A DNA stretch of 64,000 nucleotides from Nitrososphaeria archaeon (GCA_027078545.1 JALWXN010000004.1:672001-736000), one strand, 5' to 3'; numbered from the stretch's first letter, positions 40,488-50,616 are shown. Made by a program: numbers and translations. Notes: a model not told the origin generated them from the letters alone.

Positions 40488-41226
40488 GGGGCTCGTAGCT
40501 GGCGGCCTAGGCCTATGGCTCTACAGCTTTTACGAGCCAGTCCTAAGGATAGAGTTAGTGAGGCATAGGATTGACCTTGACCTGGGGCTGGAGATCCTCT
40601 TCGTGACTGACACCCATCTCCACGGTGTCCCGGGTAGGGAGGATAGCGTCATAAAGCTTGTTGAGGATCTCTCTAGGGAGGTAGACCTCACGATACTGGG
40701 GGGAGACATGTATGACGAGTTCTCGGAGAGCCTGGAGAGCTTCTCATCCCTCCTAGATGCGATAAGTGGCGAGGCTATCATGGTTCTCGGTAACCATGAA
40801 CACTGGGCTGCCGATAGGTATCCCCTCGAAGAGACTATAGAGATGGCTGAGTCGAGAGGCGTGACTGTGCTTAGGAACGGGGTGGTGGAGTATAAAGGTC
40901 TCCATATCGGAGGGGTAGACTGGTATGGTGATAACCCGCAGCTGGCGAGGAGGTACTACAGGGACGTTGGGAGTGTAGATATCCTGGTATCCCACACACC
41001 CGACATACTTGGTGATGCGGAGGTCGATGCACGCCTCGTATTGGCTGGCCATACGCATGGTGGCCAGATACTGGGTCCACTTGGGCTGATAACGAATAGT
41101 AGGCATGGCTATGTAAGCGGCTTCTATAGGAGGGGTGAGGCCCTGATGTATGTCTCTAGGGGGGCTGGGGAGATTATTCCCTTCCGCCTATTGACGCCCC
41201 GGGAGGTCACATTACTAAGCGTCTAG
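40459..41226 (+). CDS. Metallophosphoesterase (YkuE-like)
   Basis: DTH, GGD, GNHE, SHTPD, GHTHGGQ; ATG 40459 gives an RR-containing leader. Confidence 0.88.
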   Translation: MRRGRRGAIKGLVAGGLGLWLYSFYEPVLRIELVRHRIDLDLGLEILFVTDTHLHGVPGREDSVIKLVEDLSREVDLTILGGDMYDEFSESLESFSSLLDAISGEAIMVLGNHEHWAADRYPLEETIEMAESRGVTVLRNGVVEYKGLHIGGVDWYGDNPQLARRYYRDVGSVDILVSHTPDILGDAEVDARLVLAGHTHGGQILGPLGLITNSRHGYVSGFYRRGEALMYVSRGAGEIIPFRLLTPREVTLLSV

Positions 41227-42218
41227 CCAGACATCCTTATCAATATCTTCCCGTCACGCTCCCTGCTGAATAGGCTGTTTAGCGCCTCACCAGCCTGGTC
41301 TAGGCTATATATCCTCCATATCCTAGGCTTTACCACACCCCTCTCTAAATCCCTAAGCACATCCTTGAACTCTTGGATGGTTCCCCCGGTCACCCCTATT
41401 AGGCTGGTCTCTCTACGGTAGATCGGGGCTACCCCGCCTGGAATGTCCATCGAGGTTAGGCCGCCGAATGTCATTACATATCCATGTCTCTTGACGATGA
41501 TTAGCGACTCTGCCAATAATTTTCCGCCCAATGGGTTGATGATGAGGTCTGGCTCTCCCCACTCATCTATAAGCTGCTTAACATCCCCGGGAGGGACTAC
41601 CCTGGAGGCCCCGAGCCCTGAGACCCAGTCCTTCCTCGTTACGGCTGCGACGTCTATCCCTGCTTTTGCTAGGTACTGGACTATATACATCCCGACGTTG
41701 CCCGATGCCCCATATACCAGGGCCTTCTCAATACATAGCTCCAAAGCCCTATTCACCGCATGCTTGGCCGTTAGGGCTGATACACCGGCCGTGGCCTGTA
41801 TCTCAGGCTCTCCACCAGCCTCATAAACGTTCTTCTCCGGTAGCTTGACATACTCCGCGTATGTCCCATCCACTACACCACCTACGATACCGCCCCGTAG
41901 GCAGAGGTTCTCATGCCCCTCCCTACACTCCTCACACTCTCCACAGTGTATCCAGGGATAGATACTGACCTGCATCCCCTTCTTGAGGCGGTTTACACCA
42001 TCGCCCACATCGACGACTATCCCTGAGGCCTCGCTCCCCACGATCCTTTTAGGCGGGTCCAATGGGTATCTACCACTGGCTATCCAGTAGTCTATAGGAT
42101 TCACACCTGTATAGAGAATCTTCACCAGGACCTCTCCCGGGCCAGGCTCCGGCGTCCCTACCTCCCCAACCACTAGTCTGGGCGGGTCAACCTTCCCACT
42201 ATATGTTGCTGCCCTCAT
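41223..42218 (-). CDS. Zinc-containing medium-chain alcohol dehydrogenase
   Basis: GVNPID, GSE.SG, CGECEECREGHENLC, GASGNVG. Confidence 0.88.
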   Translation of the reverse strand: MRAATYSGKVDPPRLVVGEVGTPEPGPGEVLVKILYTGVNPIDYWIASGRYPLDPPKRIVGSEASGIVVDVGDGVNRLKKGMQVSIYPWIHCGECEECREGHENLCLRGGIVGGVVDGTYAEYVKLPEKNVYEAGGEPEIQATAGVSALTAKHAVNRALELCIEKALVYGASGNVGMYIVQYLAKAGIDVAAVTRKDWVSGLGASRVVPPGDVKQLIDEWGEPDLIINPLGGKLLAESLIIVKRHGYVMTFGGLTSMDIPGGVAPIYRRETSLIGVTGGTIQEFKDVLRDLERGVVKPRIWRIYSLDQAGEALNSLFSRERDGKILIRMSG

Positions 42219-42287
42219 CCCATATCCACATCATTATCTATAGCCTCCGACCGATTATGTATCATCTACATTGCCTGGTGGTGGGGC

Positions 42288-43028
42288 TTGAGGATACGCG
42301 GCGTATCTATAGACCTATGGTTCACACTCGTGTATGACGATGCTGAGAGGTATAGGCTGTTCCAGAGGTCTAGGATAGACTATATCTATGGAGTCCTGAA
42401 GATGTATCGTGACGATGTGGCGAGGGAGGACTTAGAAGGCCTATTCGAGGAGTTCAAGACCTTCATGATGGAGGTTCATCCCTATAGGCTGATGCAGATG
42501 GTCGCCGCGGCTCTTGGAGTCGACTCCGAGGCTGTGGACGAGATGTATAGCAGGTATATAGACGCCGCCTGGAATGCGAGGCCCTATGTAAACAGAGACG
42601 CCCTCAAATTCCTCGAGTGGTGTGAGGAGCGTGGCCTACCAGTAGTTATAACAACGAACACGACCTACTCTAGGGAGATGATAGAGCGGATGTTCAGCAA
42701 CATCGGGCTGGAGAAGTATTCCGAGAACGTGGTCTCGTCGGCGGAGGTGGGTGCTGCCAAGCCTAAGCCCGAGATCTTCAGGGCAGCGGTCGATAAGCTT
42801 GGACTTAATCCCAAGGAGGTTCTACACGTGGGGGACAAGTATGTCCATGACGCGTTAGGGGCGTATCTAGCAGGGCTTAGGCCTGCCCTCTACAGGGGGC
42901 TCTGGGACAGGTATGGACGGTTCATGGGCTTTGGTGAGGAGTTCGAGGTCAGGAGTTATCCACCGTATATCTGGGTCGTGGATAGCTTCGAGGAGCTTAT
43001 CGAGAGGCTGGAGAGGATAACAGGCTAG
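42288..43028 (+). CDS. HAD-superfamily hydrolase
   Basis: DLWFTL, TN, KP.PEIF, HVGD...D. Confidence 0.85.
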   Translation: MRIRGVSIDLWFTLVYDDAERYRLFQRSRIDYIYGVLKMYRDDVAREDLEGLFEEFKTFMMEVHPYRLMQMVAAALGVDSEAVDEMYSRYIDAAWNARPYVNRDALKFLEWCEERGLPVVITTNTTYSREMIERMFSNIGLEKYSENVVSSAEVGAAKPKPEIFRAAVDKLGLNPKEVLHVGDKYVHDALGAYLAGLRPALYRGLWDRYGRFMGFGEEFEVRSYPPYIWVVDSFEELIERLERITG

Positions 43029-43111
43029 CCTAATACCCCTATTTAAATCGGCGTGGGGGCAATACAATACTTGACACTTATTTGAACACCCCATTGGATG
43101 AGGTGTCGCCG

Positions 43112-44254
43112 GTGGCCGATGTCGGTATAATAGGGGTTGGGACGACCCAGTTCCGTCCCGAGACCCGTGAGAAGCTGTTCAAGGAGCTTATGTACGAGGC
43201 TGCCTACCGAGCCTATCTCGAGGCGGGTGTCGATCCTAGGCGTGACATAGATGCCTTCATAACGGCCTCTGAAGACCTCTGGGAGGGCCTGGCAATATTC
43301 GATGAGTATGTCCCAGACCAGCTGGGCGGAGTATTGAAACCGGTCTTCACTGTGGGTGGGGACGGTATACATGGGCTTATCCATGGATACATGCTCATAA
43401 AGACAGGTAGGTTCGACGTCGTGGCCGTGGAGGCGCATAGTAAGGCCAGCGAGATAGAGAATATCAAGAAGGTGGTTAGGTTCGCCCTCGACCCGATATA
43501 TCTACGCCCAGTCATCGAGGATGTCGACGTCCTAGCGGGGCTGGAGATGGCTGCCTCCCTAGGCTGCTACGGCATAGACATGGATACTGTGAACGAGGTG
43601 ATACTGAAGAACCACTTCAACGGATCCTTCAACTCGGCTCCCTATGCCCAGAACCTCGACGAGAACAGCTTCGAGACCCCTGAATACCTTGCCGAGCCGC
43701 TGAGGGCACTGGACGTGGCTCAATACGTCGATGGAGGAGTGGTCATCGTCCTAGCCTCCAAGGAGTACATCTCGAGGGAGGGATTGGAGCCCGTATGGAT
43801 AGAGGGTGTAGGCTGGGCTACACAGGGTGGACGCTTCGAACGCTTCCTAGACATGCCCGGCGAGGGCTTGGCTGCAGCTGCTAGGATGGCCTACGACATG
43901 GCTGGCGTCTCGAGGCCTAGGAGGTATTTCGACCTGGCAGAGGTGGACGACAGGTTCAGCTTTAGGGAGCCTGTATCACTGATAGCCCTCGGCCTAGCCA
44001 GTGGAGACGTCAACCTGGACTATGCGGACAGGATTTTCGATATGGATGGGGAGCTCCCAGTGAACGTCTCCGGCGGGTTCCTCGCAAATGGGTATCCACT
44101 AGAGGCGGGAGGCCTTATGAAGCTTGTCTACGCAGCTAGGCAGATATGGGGCGAGGCCGGGCCCAACCAGCTCGACGATGTGGAGAAGGCGTTGGTGGCG
44201 ACTAGGAGGGAGATACCCTCAACCACATATGGGGTAGTAGTCCTATCGGGGTGA
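43112..44254 (+). CDS. Thiolase-fold (SCP2/Ltp4-like) protein lacking catalytic Cys
   Basis: Thiolase fold: DGG, AEVDD, NVSGG; GGDG at the Cys loop and GYP in place of GHP; GTG 43112 follows GAGGTG. Confidence 0.8.
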   Translation: MADVGIIGVGTTQFRPETREKLFKELMYEAAYRAYLEAGVDPRRDIDAFITASEDLWEGLAIFDEYVPDQLGGVLKPVFTVGGDGIHGLIHGYMLIKTGRFDVVAVEAHSKASEIENIKKVVRFALDPIYLRPVIEDVDVLAGLEMAASLGCYGIDMDTVNEVILKNHFNGSFNSAPYAQNLDENSFETPEYLAEPLRALDVAQYVDGGVVIVLASKEYISREGLEPVWIEGVGWATQGGRFERFLDMPGEGLAAAARMAYDMAGVSRPRRYFDLAEVDDRFSFREPVSLIALGLASGDVNLDYADRIFDMDGELPVNVSGGFLANGYPLEAGGLMKLVYAARQIWGEAGPNQLDDVEKALVATRREIPSTTYGVVVLSG

Positions 44255-45438
44255 TCAATATGAAGATGAATATCTATAGGAAGAACCGTGTCGCGTGTGT
44301 TGGGGCCGGGCTAACCCTCTTCAGGCGTAGGCTGATGGAGACGAGCGACGAGCTCATGTGGCTAGCCGCTAGACAGGCGCTCGACGAGGCAGGCCTAACC
44401 ATAGAGGATATAGACTGCATAATATTCGGGACAGCCCCGGACAACTTCGACGGCATCCATATGCAGAGCGAGGCCCTTGCTGATGGGGCAGGAGCCGTGA
44501 ATAAGCCCTATACAAGGGTCTATGTAGGTGGTGGTACAGGGGTCTTCAGCGTTATAGCCGGGTGGTGGCACGTGGCCTCTGGACTGTGTGACAGGGTGCT
44601 CGTCATAGCGGAGGAGAAGATGAGCCATGTACAGCCCCATCCCCAGTACCTCTTCCACCACATCTTCGACCCCGTGACTGAGAAGCCCCTGGGCGTCAAC
44701 CTGATATGGATCTTCGCCCTGGAGATGCATCGATACATGTATAAATACGGCATCAAGAAGGAGGACATCGCCCTCGTCTCGGTGAAGAATAAGAGGAACG
44801 CGTTGGACCATCCATCCGCCCAGGTGGCTGCGAAGATAACTGTGGAGGACGTCCTCAACAGCGAGGTACTGGTATGGCCCGTCCAGAGGCTCGACATCTC
44901 ACCCGTCTCAGACGGTGCTGGGGCCCTCGTGCTTGTCAGTGAGTCGGAGGCTAAGAAGCTTACCGACGAGCCTATATGGATCGACGGCGTAGGGTGGAGC
45001 CTCGACACGATGTACTGGACAAATAGGGACCTGGCATTCCCCGTCTACCTATACTACGCAGGTAAGATGGCCTATGAGATGGCGGGGATCGAGAACCCGA
45101 GGAAGGAGATAGACTTCGCAGAGGTCTACGACCCCTTCGACTATAAGGAGCTCCACCACATGGAGGGTCTACAGCTTGCTAGGAAGGGTGAGGCGCCTAT
45201 ACTAACTAGGGAGGGAGTCACCGAGCGGGATGGAGACCTCCCGATAAACCCGAGCGGAGGCCTACTAGGCGTGGGGAACCCGATCGCTGCAGCCGGGATA
45301 ATGAAGGTGGCCGAGGTCTACTGGCAGCTGAGAGGAATGGCGGGTAAGAGGCAGGTCAAGAAGGATGTGGTCACCGGCCTGGCCCAGGCCTGGGGAGACC
45401 TTATGCAGGTGGGCACAGTCGTGGTTATGAGGAGGTGA
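44251..45438 (+). CDS. Thiolase-fold (SCP2/Ltp3-like) protein lacking catalytic Cys
   Basis: GGGTG at the Cys loop, SDGA, EVYDPF, NPSGG, GNP in place of GHP. Confidence 0.82.
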   Translation: MINMKMNIYRKNRVACVGAGLTLFRRRLMETSDELMWLAARQALDEAGLTIEDIDCIIFGTAPDNFDGIHMQSEALADGAGAVNKPYTRVYVGGGTGVFSVIAGWWHVASGLCDRVLVIAEEKMSHVQPHPQYLFHHIFDPVTEKPLGVNLIWIFALEMHRYMYKYGIKKEDIALVSVKNKRNALDHPSAQVAAKITVEDVLNSEVLVWPVQRLDISPVSDGAGALVLVSESEAKKLTDEPIWIDGVGWSLDTMYWTNRDLAFPVYLYYAGKMAYEMAGIENPRKEIDFAEVYDPFDYKELHHMEGLQLARKGEAPILTREGVTERDGDLPINPSGGLLGVGNPIAAAGIMKVAEVYWQLRGMAGKRQVKKDVVTGLAQAWGDLMQVGTVVVMRR

Positions 45439-45971
45439 GCCGGATGGATACTAGGCCTAAGAACCCGGAGGGAACCCCATATAGGATGGAGGATCTGAGG
45501 AGTGGGGCCATACCATATACCGAGGATAGTCTAGAGGCATGGTACCGCTGGAGCCTGGGGAAATATCTAGGCAAGTATCTAGAGGGGCTTAGGGAGGGTA
45601 AGATCTATGGTAGGAGGTGTAACAACTGTGAGAGGATCTATGTCCCGCCTAGAGAGGTGTGCCACCACTGCTTCCGCACCACCGATGAGTGGGTGGAGGT
45701 CGGTGATACTGGGAGGGTTAACACAGCCGTGGTTAGCTATATATCCGCTGATAGGGGTAGGGTGGAGGAGCCCATAATAATTGCGGTTATAGAGCTGGAG
45801 GGAGCCTCGCCAGGGATCGGCATCCTACATAGGCTTGGAAACGTGTCCCCCGAGGACGTGAAGAGTATGAAGATATTCGGTAAGAGGGTAAGAGCAGTTT
45901 GGAAGCCTCCTGAGGAGAGGACTGGCTCGGTAAACGATATCCTATACTTCGAGCCTATCGAGGAGGTGTAG
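45435..45971 (+). CDS. DUF35 Zn-ribbon/OB-fold acyl-CoA-binding protein
   Basis: CNNC..YVPPR..CHHC, R.GS..DI.YF. Confidence 0.88.
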   Translation: MSRMDTRPKNPEGTPYRMEDLRSGAIPYTEDSLEAWYRWSLGKYLGKYLEGLREGKIYGRRCNNCERIYVPPREVCHHCFRTTDEWVEVGDTGRVNTAVVSYISADRGRVEEPIIIAVIELEGASPGIGILHRLGNVSPEDVKSMKIFGKRVRAVWKPPEERTGSVNDILYFEPIEEV

Positions 45972-45975
45972 GGGT

Positions 45976-46392
45976 ATGGAGTATAGGTTTAAGGTGGATG
46001 TCCCCGGCTATATCTACCCCACGGGGAGGGCTGGAAAGATATTCGCCGAGAACATTAAGAAGGGCGTAGTAGTAGCGTCTCGCTGTGACGAGTGTAGGGT
46101 GTACTTCCTACCCCCAACAGCCTACTGCCCACACTGCTTCAACGAGCTCAGGAACTATACCCCGGTGGAGACATTCATACTGGTCGCCAAGACGGTCCTG
46201 GAAAAGGGTGTTGAGAAGGTCGCCTATGGATATGTCAAGGGGATTATAGGTGGTGAGGAGACCCAGGGAGGCTTCATACACAGGGTCGACCCCGACGCCG
46301 AGCCGGGAGAGGTTTTGAAACCCGTTCTGAAGCCCGAGGAGGAGCGCCGGGGGATCATTACAGATATAGAGTTCTTCGCCAAGGCGGACTAG
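45976..46392 (+). CDS. DUF35 Zn-ribbon/OB-fold protein, second copy
   Basis: CDEC..FLPP..CPHC, RRGIITDIEFF. Confidence 0.85.
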   Translation: MEYRFKVDVPGYIYPTGRAGKIFAENIKKGVVVASRCDECRVYFLPPTAYCPHCFNELRNYTPVETFILVAKTVLEKGVEKVAYGYVKGIIGGEETQGGFIHRVDPDAEPGEVLKPVLKPEEERRGIITDIEFFAKAD

Positions 46393-46433
46393 CCCCCCTC
46401 CCCCAATTTTTACACCAGTCGTAAATACTCTTA

Positions 46434-46449
46434 TCCTAAGTAATTAGGG
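46434..46449. promoter_or_regulatory. Palindromic operator TCCTAA-gtaa-TTAGGG
   Basis: Same motif as upstream of nosZ; 65 nt before the CuA-protein ATG. Confidence 0.62.
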
Positions 46450-46514
46450 GGATTGATTAAATCTGCCCTGATTGATATGAGATTGTGGATAACTAAGACC
46501 GGAGGTGAAGCGAT

Positions 46515-47111
46515 ATGGATCAGAAGGTTATTGCCGGTGTAGCGATCGTCATACTCATAGCTGCCATCGCGGGATACTTCATGATGAGTAGCCCCGCCGG
46601 TGAAACAGGCGGGGGTGAGGCTGGTGAGGAGACATACATAGTTATCGGCTACTACTGGGGCTTCAAGATATACGACTCCAACTACAACCCTGTGGACAAG
46701 ATCATGGTTAAGAAGGGAACGACCCTAAAGATAATATTCCTCAACGCCAGATCCTTCGCCGAGGACTTCTATGGCCCACTGGAGGAGGAGAGTAAGCAGA
46801 AAGGCGTAGGTGGCCTCGACAACGGGCCATTGGAGCAGAAGATCATGGAGGCTTTGGAGACTAACTTGGTTGACCATGGCCTACAGATAATTGGATATGG
46901 CGTGAGTGTAGCTACGAACTATAAGGCTTTCAGCGGAACTGCCAAGACACTCCAGGAGTTCTTCCAGAACGAGCCTCAGGACGCTATTAACCAGCACACA
47001 GTAGTCTTCAAGGCCGATAAGACGGGTGTATTCGACTTCGTCTGCTACGTCGTCTGTGGCTATGGCCACTCCTTCATGAGCCTAAAGGGCGCTCTCCAGG
47101 TGTACGAGTAG
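46515..47111 (+). CDS. Membrane-anchored stand-alone CuA-type cupredoxin
   Basis: N-terminal TM; YWGF strand; DHG and C-x3-C-x3-H-x2-M (CYVVCGYGHSFM). Confidence 0.8.
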   Translation: MDQKVIAGVAIVILIAAIAGYFMMSSPAGETGGGEAGEETYIVIGYYWGFKIYDSNYNPVDKIMVKKGTTLKIIFLNARSFAEDFYGPLEEESKQKGVGGLDNGPLEQKIMEALETNLVDHGLQIIGYGVSVATNYKAFSGTAKTLQEFFQNEPQDAINQHTVVFKADKTGVFDFVCYVVCGYGHSFMSLKGALQVYE

Positions 47112-47122
47112 GCGCCCAACAC

Positions 47123-47671
47123 CTAATCCTTTTTACCCAGCTTGTCAAACTCTCCTCTGAGGGCTAGCTCCAGGTTCCTGAGGTACCATCTAGTATCCTC
47201 GTCCACCCACTTCTCAACTTCATAGTATCTAATCTTCCCGTCACTACCCATCGTGACGACGAGGGAGATCCCGCTGTTTATTATGGCCCTCCTACATCTC
47301 TCACAGGGCTTTGCGTCTAGGACCTTGCCTGTCTTCGGGTCTATGCCGTAGAGGTATAGTGTCCCTCCATACACCGAGGCGCCGTTCCTGGCGGCGTTGA
47401 TTATACAGTTCTCCTCGGCATGTACCGCTGGGCATAGGTCGTAGGCCGTGCCATGTGGAAGGTTGAGTATATCCTTTATACACCCACCGACCTCGTAGCA
47501 GTTTACACCTCCCCTTACAGGGCCGTTGTAGCCGGTAGATACGATTGCGTCCTTAACCACGACTATGGCTCCGTAGTGTGCCCTTGTACATGGGCTCCTC
47601 ATCGAGACTGCCTTGGCTATCTCGAGGTAGTATAGGTCCTTCTCTATCCGCCCACCGCTCTGGCCAGACAT
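47123..47671 (-). CDS. dCMP/cytidine deaminase family protein
   Basis: GYNG, HAEEN, PCERC; ATG 47671 is the likelier start. Confidence 0.88.
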   Translation of the reverse strand: MSGQSGGRIEKDLYYLEIAKAVSMRSPCTRAHYGAIVVVKDAIVSTGYNGPVRGGVNCYEVGGCIKDILNLPHGTAYDLCPAVHAEENCIINAARNGASVYGGTLYLYGIDPKTGKVLDAKPCERCRRAIINSGISLVVTMGSDGKIRYYEVEKWVDEDTRWYLRNLELALRGEFDKLGKKD

Positions 47672-47719
47672 AATATCAATAACTCTCCCTGGGCGGGGAT
47701 AAACCATTCCAACCTATTA

Positions 47720-49099
47720 ATGGGAAGCCTGATTGAAATATCTCCTAGCCAGAACACCACCTACATGGATAGCCTCAAGAGGGGGATAGAGTCCTTCCTC
47801 CTCGAGAAGCTGGGTGGTAGGCCTCCAAGCGCCAGCTACACAGTCGTATGGAGGGATGGAGAGACTCTACGAGGGGCTGTTGGCTATAGGGATGTGGAGG
47901 AGGGGCTCCCGGCGACGCCTGAGACGCTATACGGGGTGGGTAGTATAACGAAGACCTTCACCGCCTTAACAGTACTCATGCTCCAGAGGGAGGGCCTACT
48001 ATCGCTCGACGACCCCATATCACGATACGTACCCATCGATATGGAGATCGGGGGTGAGGAGGTTAGGATATGGCACCTCCTAAGCCACACCTCTGGGGTA
48101 GCCGCACTGGCCTATGCGGAGAGCCTGCTGAGGGGCTATGTAGGTGAGTCGCCCAGCTACCTACCCATCTCGGGGCCGGAGGACATACTCTCCTTTATGG
48201 AGGGGTGGAGGGACTGGGCCATCGCATGGCCTGGTGAGAAGTACTTCTACCTTAACGAGGGGTTCGTCCTCGTGGGTATGGCCATCGAGAAGGCGACTGG
48301 GATGAAGTATGAGGATGCCCTCAGGAAGTATGTCCTGGAAAGGCTGGGCATGAGTAGCACAACTGTTGGTAGGCCTATAGACATGGGTATGATGGCGACG
48401 CCCTACGTGGTCGGTAAAGAGGGTTTGAGGAGGGCTAGGGTCCCACCCCTAGGGGCAGATGGAGGGATGATAACAAATGCAGTTGACATGTCACGCTTCC
48501 TAATGGCTATGCTCAACAGGGGTGGCGACGCCCTTCCCAGAGAGGTTGTCGATGAGCTTGAGAAGCCAAGGATAAGGACCTCCCTACTCAATAGGGAGGA
48601 GTATTACTGCCTAGGCCTATCAAAGACCGTCGTGGGTGGGCTGGAGCTGTATGGGCATAGCGGCTCAGTCCTGGTCTACACGGCCTACATGGCCTACAAC
48701 AGGGAGGAGGGCGTCGGCGTCGCCGTCATGTCGAACGGGACTGGCTACCCAATGTCTAGCGCCGGGCTATACATACTGGCCAGGGCCCTAGGCAGGAACC
48801 CGCTAGAGTTCGAGCCACTCCTCATCGACGAGGCTCTGAACAGCCTGGTAGGCACCTATGAGAGCTTCAAGGGCGGCTTCAGAGCCAGGGTTGAGAGGAT
48901 GGGTGGTATACTCATAATCAAGTATAGTGGGAGGAGCTACGAGGTCTCAATACCCCTGATTCCAAGGGATCTCTCAGGGGACGAGAAGATCTTCGAGGCT
49001 ATAAATGGTGACCGGCGCTACGAGGCGGTCTTCTACAAGCGGGACGGTGAGCTGTATCTACAGGTTGAGAGGTATCTATTCCGGAGAGTCCCTGCTTGA
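47720..49099 (+). CDS. Serine hydrolase, beta-lactamase/Pab87-like peptidase
   Basis: SITK (SxxK), LLSHTSG, YLN, HSG; extra C-terminal beta domain. Confidence 0.88.
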   Translation: MGSLIEISPSQNTTYMDSLKRGIESFLLEKLGGRPPSASYTVVWRDGETLRGAVGYRDVEEGLPATPETLYGVGSITKTFTALTVLMLQREGLLSLDDPISRYVPIDMEIGGEEVRIWHLLSHTSGVAALAYAESLLRGYVGESPSYLPISGPEDILSFMEGWRDWAIAWPGEKYFYLNEGFVLVGMAIEKATGMKYEDALRKYVLERLGMSSTTVGRPIDMGMMATPYVVGKEGLRRARVPPLGADGGMITNAVDMSRFLMAMLNRGGDALPREVVDELEKPRIRTSLLNREEYYCLGLSKTVVGGLELYGHSGSVLVYTAYMAYNREEGVGVAVMSNGTGYPMSSAGLYILARALGRNPLEFEPLLIDEALNSLVGTYESFKGGFRARVERMGGILIIKYSGRSYEVSIPLIPRDLSGDEKIFEAINGDRRYEAVFYKRDGELYLQVERYLFRRVPA

Positions 49100-49167
49100 T
49101 ACCCATAGACGGGTCGCCCGGCATATATAGTATATCGCCCCATTAGGGCGGGAGAGGTGTTCAGACA

Positions 49168-50025
49168 CTGAGTAATAGGAGGCTACTAGTCCTACTCCTA
49201 ATCCCCATCCTAATCATGCCTGGGGTCTCGGCCGAGACCTACAGCTTCATGGATGGCTCGGGAGTAGACTACTTGGCGGATAACCTGGGAGAGTTTAGCG
49301 ACTTGATGGATAAGGTTGATGTTATACGTGGCTCATTCACACTGGAGGGTAACAGCTTCAGCATAGAGGTAGAGATGGCTGATAAGCCCCTAGTGGGGGC
49401 CGAGGCGAGCAGCTATGCAAGCAACGCCTCAGGCCTACTGATGCGCATACTGATGATGTTCAGGATGGATGGACCCGGCGGCGAGGCTGTTGACCTAAGC
49501 GTCAGAACCCTATATACCTATAGCGAGGCACCCAGTGGGGATGGCTACGTGTTCACAACCTTCTACTGGGAGCTGCTGGTTGACTACTATAGGGTCGACG
49601 AGGGTTATGGCAACTACAGCGTCATGGGCAATACGATGATCTTCGCTGGCGAGGCTACAAACACATCTATACTAGACGGCTCGACACCGAACCTGCTGAA
49701 CGTCACAGCCCTATTCAACTGGCAGGGTATCTACCTAGCTGTGGACTATGCAGGGGAGGGATGGGAAGCTCCCGACACCGCGCCTGTAGACACACCCGTC
49801 GTGGATCCCGACACGACGCCGGGAGTAGTCGATGATACAGACCAGGGAGTACCTAGTGATACTGATGATGCTGTGGAAGATAGTCAGGAGAAAGGTGGAG
49901 AGGAGAAAACTGGTGTGGAGACGGGTGATACGGGTATGTGGATACTCATCGGACTAGTGGCGGTTGGAATTGTAGGTGCCGGTGTAGCGCTTTACATCCT
50001 GAGGAGTGGTGGGCTATCCAAGTAG
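49168..50025 (+). CDS. Cell-surface protein with acidic D/T/P linker and C-terminal TM anchor
   Basis: A signal peptide is completed only by an in-frame CTG at 49168, 8 nt after GAGGTG; the ORF-track start at 49216 lies inside that peptide. Confidence 0.7.
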   Translation: MSNRRLLVLLLIPILIMPGVSAETYSFMDGSGVDYLADNLGEFSDLMDKVDVIRGSFTLEGNSFSIEVEMADKPLVGAEASSYASNASGLLMRILMMFRMDGPGGEAVDLSVRTLYTYSEAPSGDGYVFTTFYWELLVDYYRVDEGYGNYSVMGNTMIFAGEATNTSILDGSTPNLLNVTALFNWQGIYLAVDYAGEGWEAPDTAPVDTPVVDPDTTPGVVDDTDQGVPSDTDDAVEDSQEKGGEEKTGVETGDTGMWILIGLVAVGIVGAGVALYILRSGGLSK

Positions 50026-50616
50026 CCTAGCCATATACTCCTCAAGCCCCTTGAAGATCATCTCAGCAGCTATCGAGGCAACTATTATCGACATTAGGCG
50101 GCCGAACGTCTTTATAACTCCTGGCCCCAGTATGCTGTAAAGCTTATCAACATACCTAAGCATCAGGTAGGTAGCCCCCACGACTAAGTAGCCAGCAAGG
50201 AGGACTAGATATACGGGGTAGACCGTTGTTAGGAGGATCAGGGTCGTTATCGTGCCCGGCCCGACTAGCAGGGGTGTGGATATAGGCACCACCGCCATCT
50301 CCTCTGGCGAGATCTTCTTAGCCTTTGGCAGGCCGCCGAGCATATCTATGGCTATCGCCATGAGCAGGACTCCACCGCCTATACGTGTAGCCGCTACACT
50401 CACGCCGAAGAACATCAGGATGTAGGCCCCTCCAATGGTGAATACGGTTATCAATACTGCGCATACAAGGGCTATGCTCCTCACGATCCTCAGGTGCCTA
50501 TCACGGTCGAGGCCGGACATGAAGCTGAGGTATAGGGGTAGGATCCCAGGTGGATCCATGATGGCGAAGATCTGTATGAAGGCCGTGGCCAGCGCTATAA
50601 AAGTCACCGGGTCCAT
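50014..50616 (-). CDS. marC: MarC-family membrane protein
   Basis: IMDPPG, IGGG.LL, VPISTPLLVGPG; start ATG 50616. Confidence 0.88.
   Translation of the reverse strand: MDPVTFIALATAFIQIFAIMDPPGILPLYLSFMSGLDRDRHLRIVRSIALVCAVLITVFTIGGAYILMFFGVSVAATRIGGGVLLMAIAIDMLGGLPKAKKISPEEMAVVPISTPLLVGPGTITTLILLTTVYPVYLVLLAGYLVVGATYLMLRYVDKLYSILGPGVIKTFGRLMSIIVASIAAEMIFKGLEEYMARLLG

Noticed and set aside
49770-49930. Repeat-like DTxP sequence as a DNA repeat or CRISPR
   Set aside because: Low-complexity protein linker with no fixed-length repeat-spacer pattern. No CRISPR array, IS element or rRNA was seen anywhere in the window.
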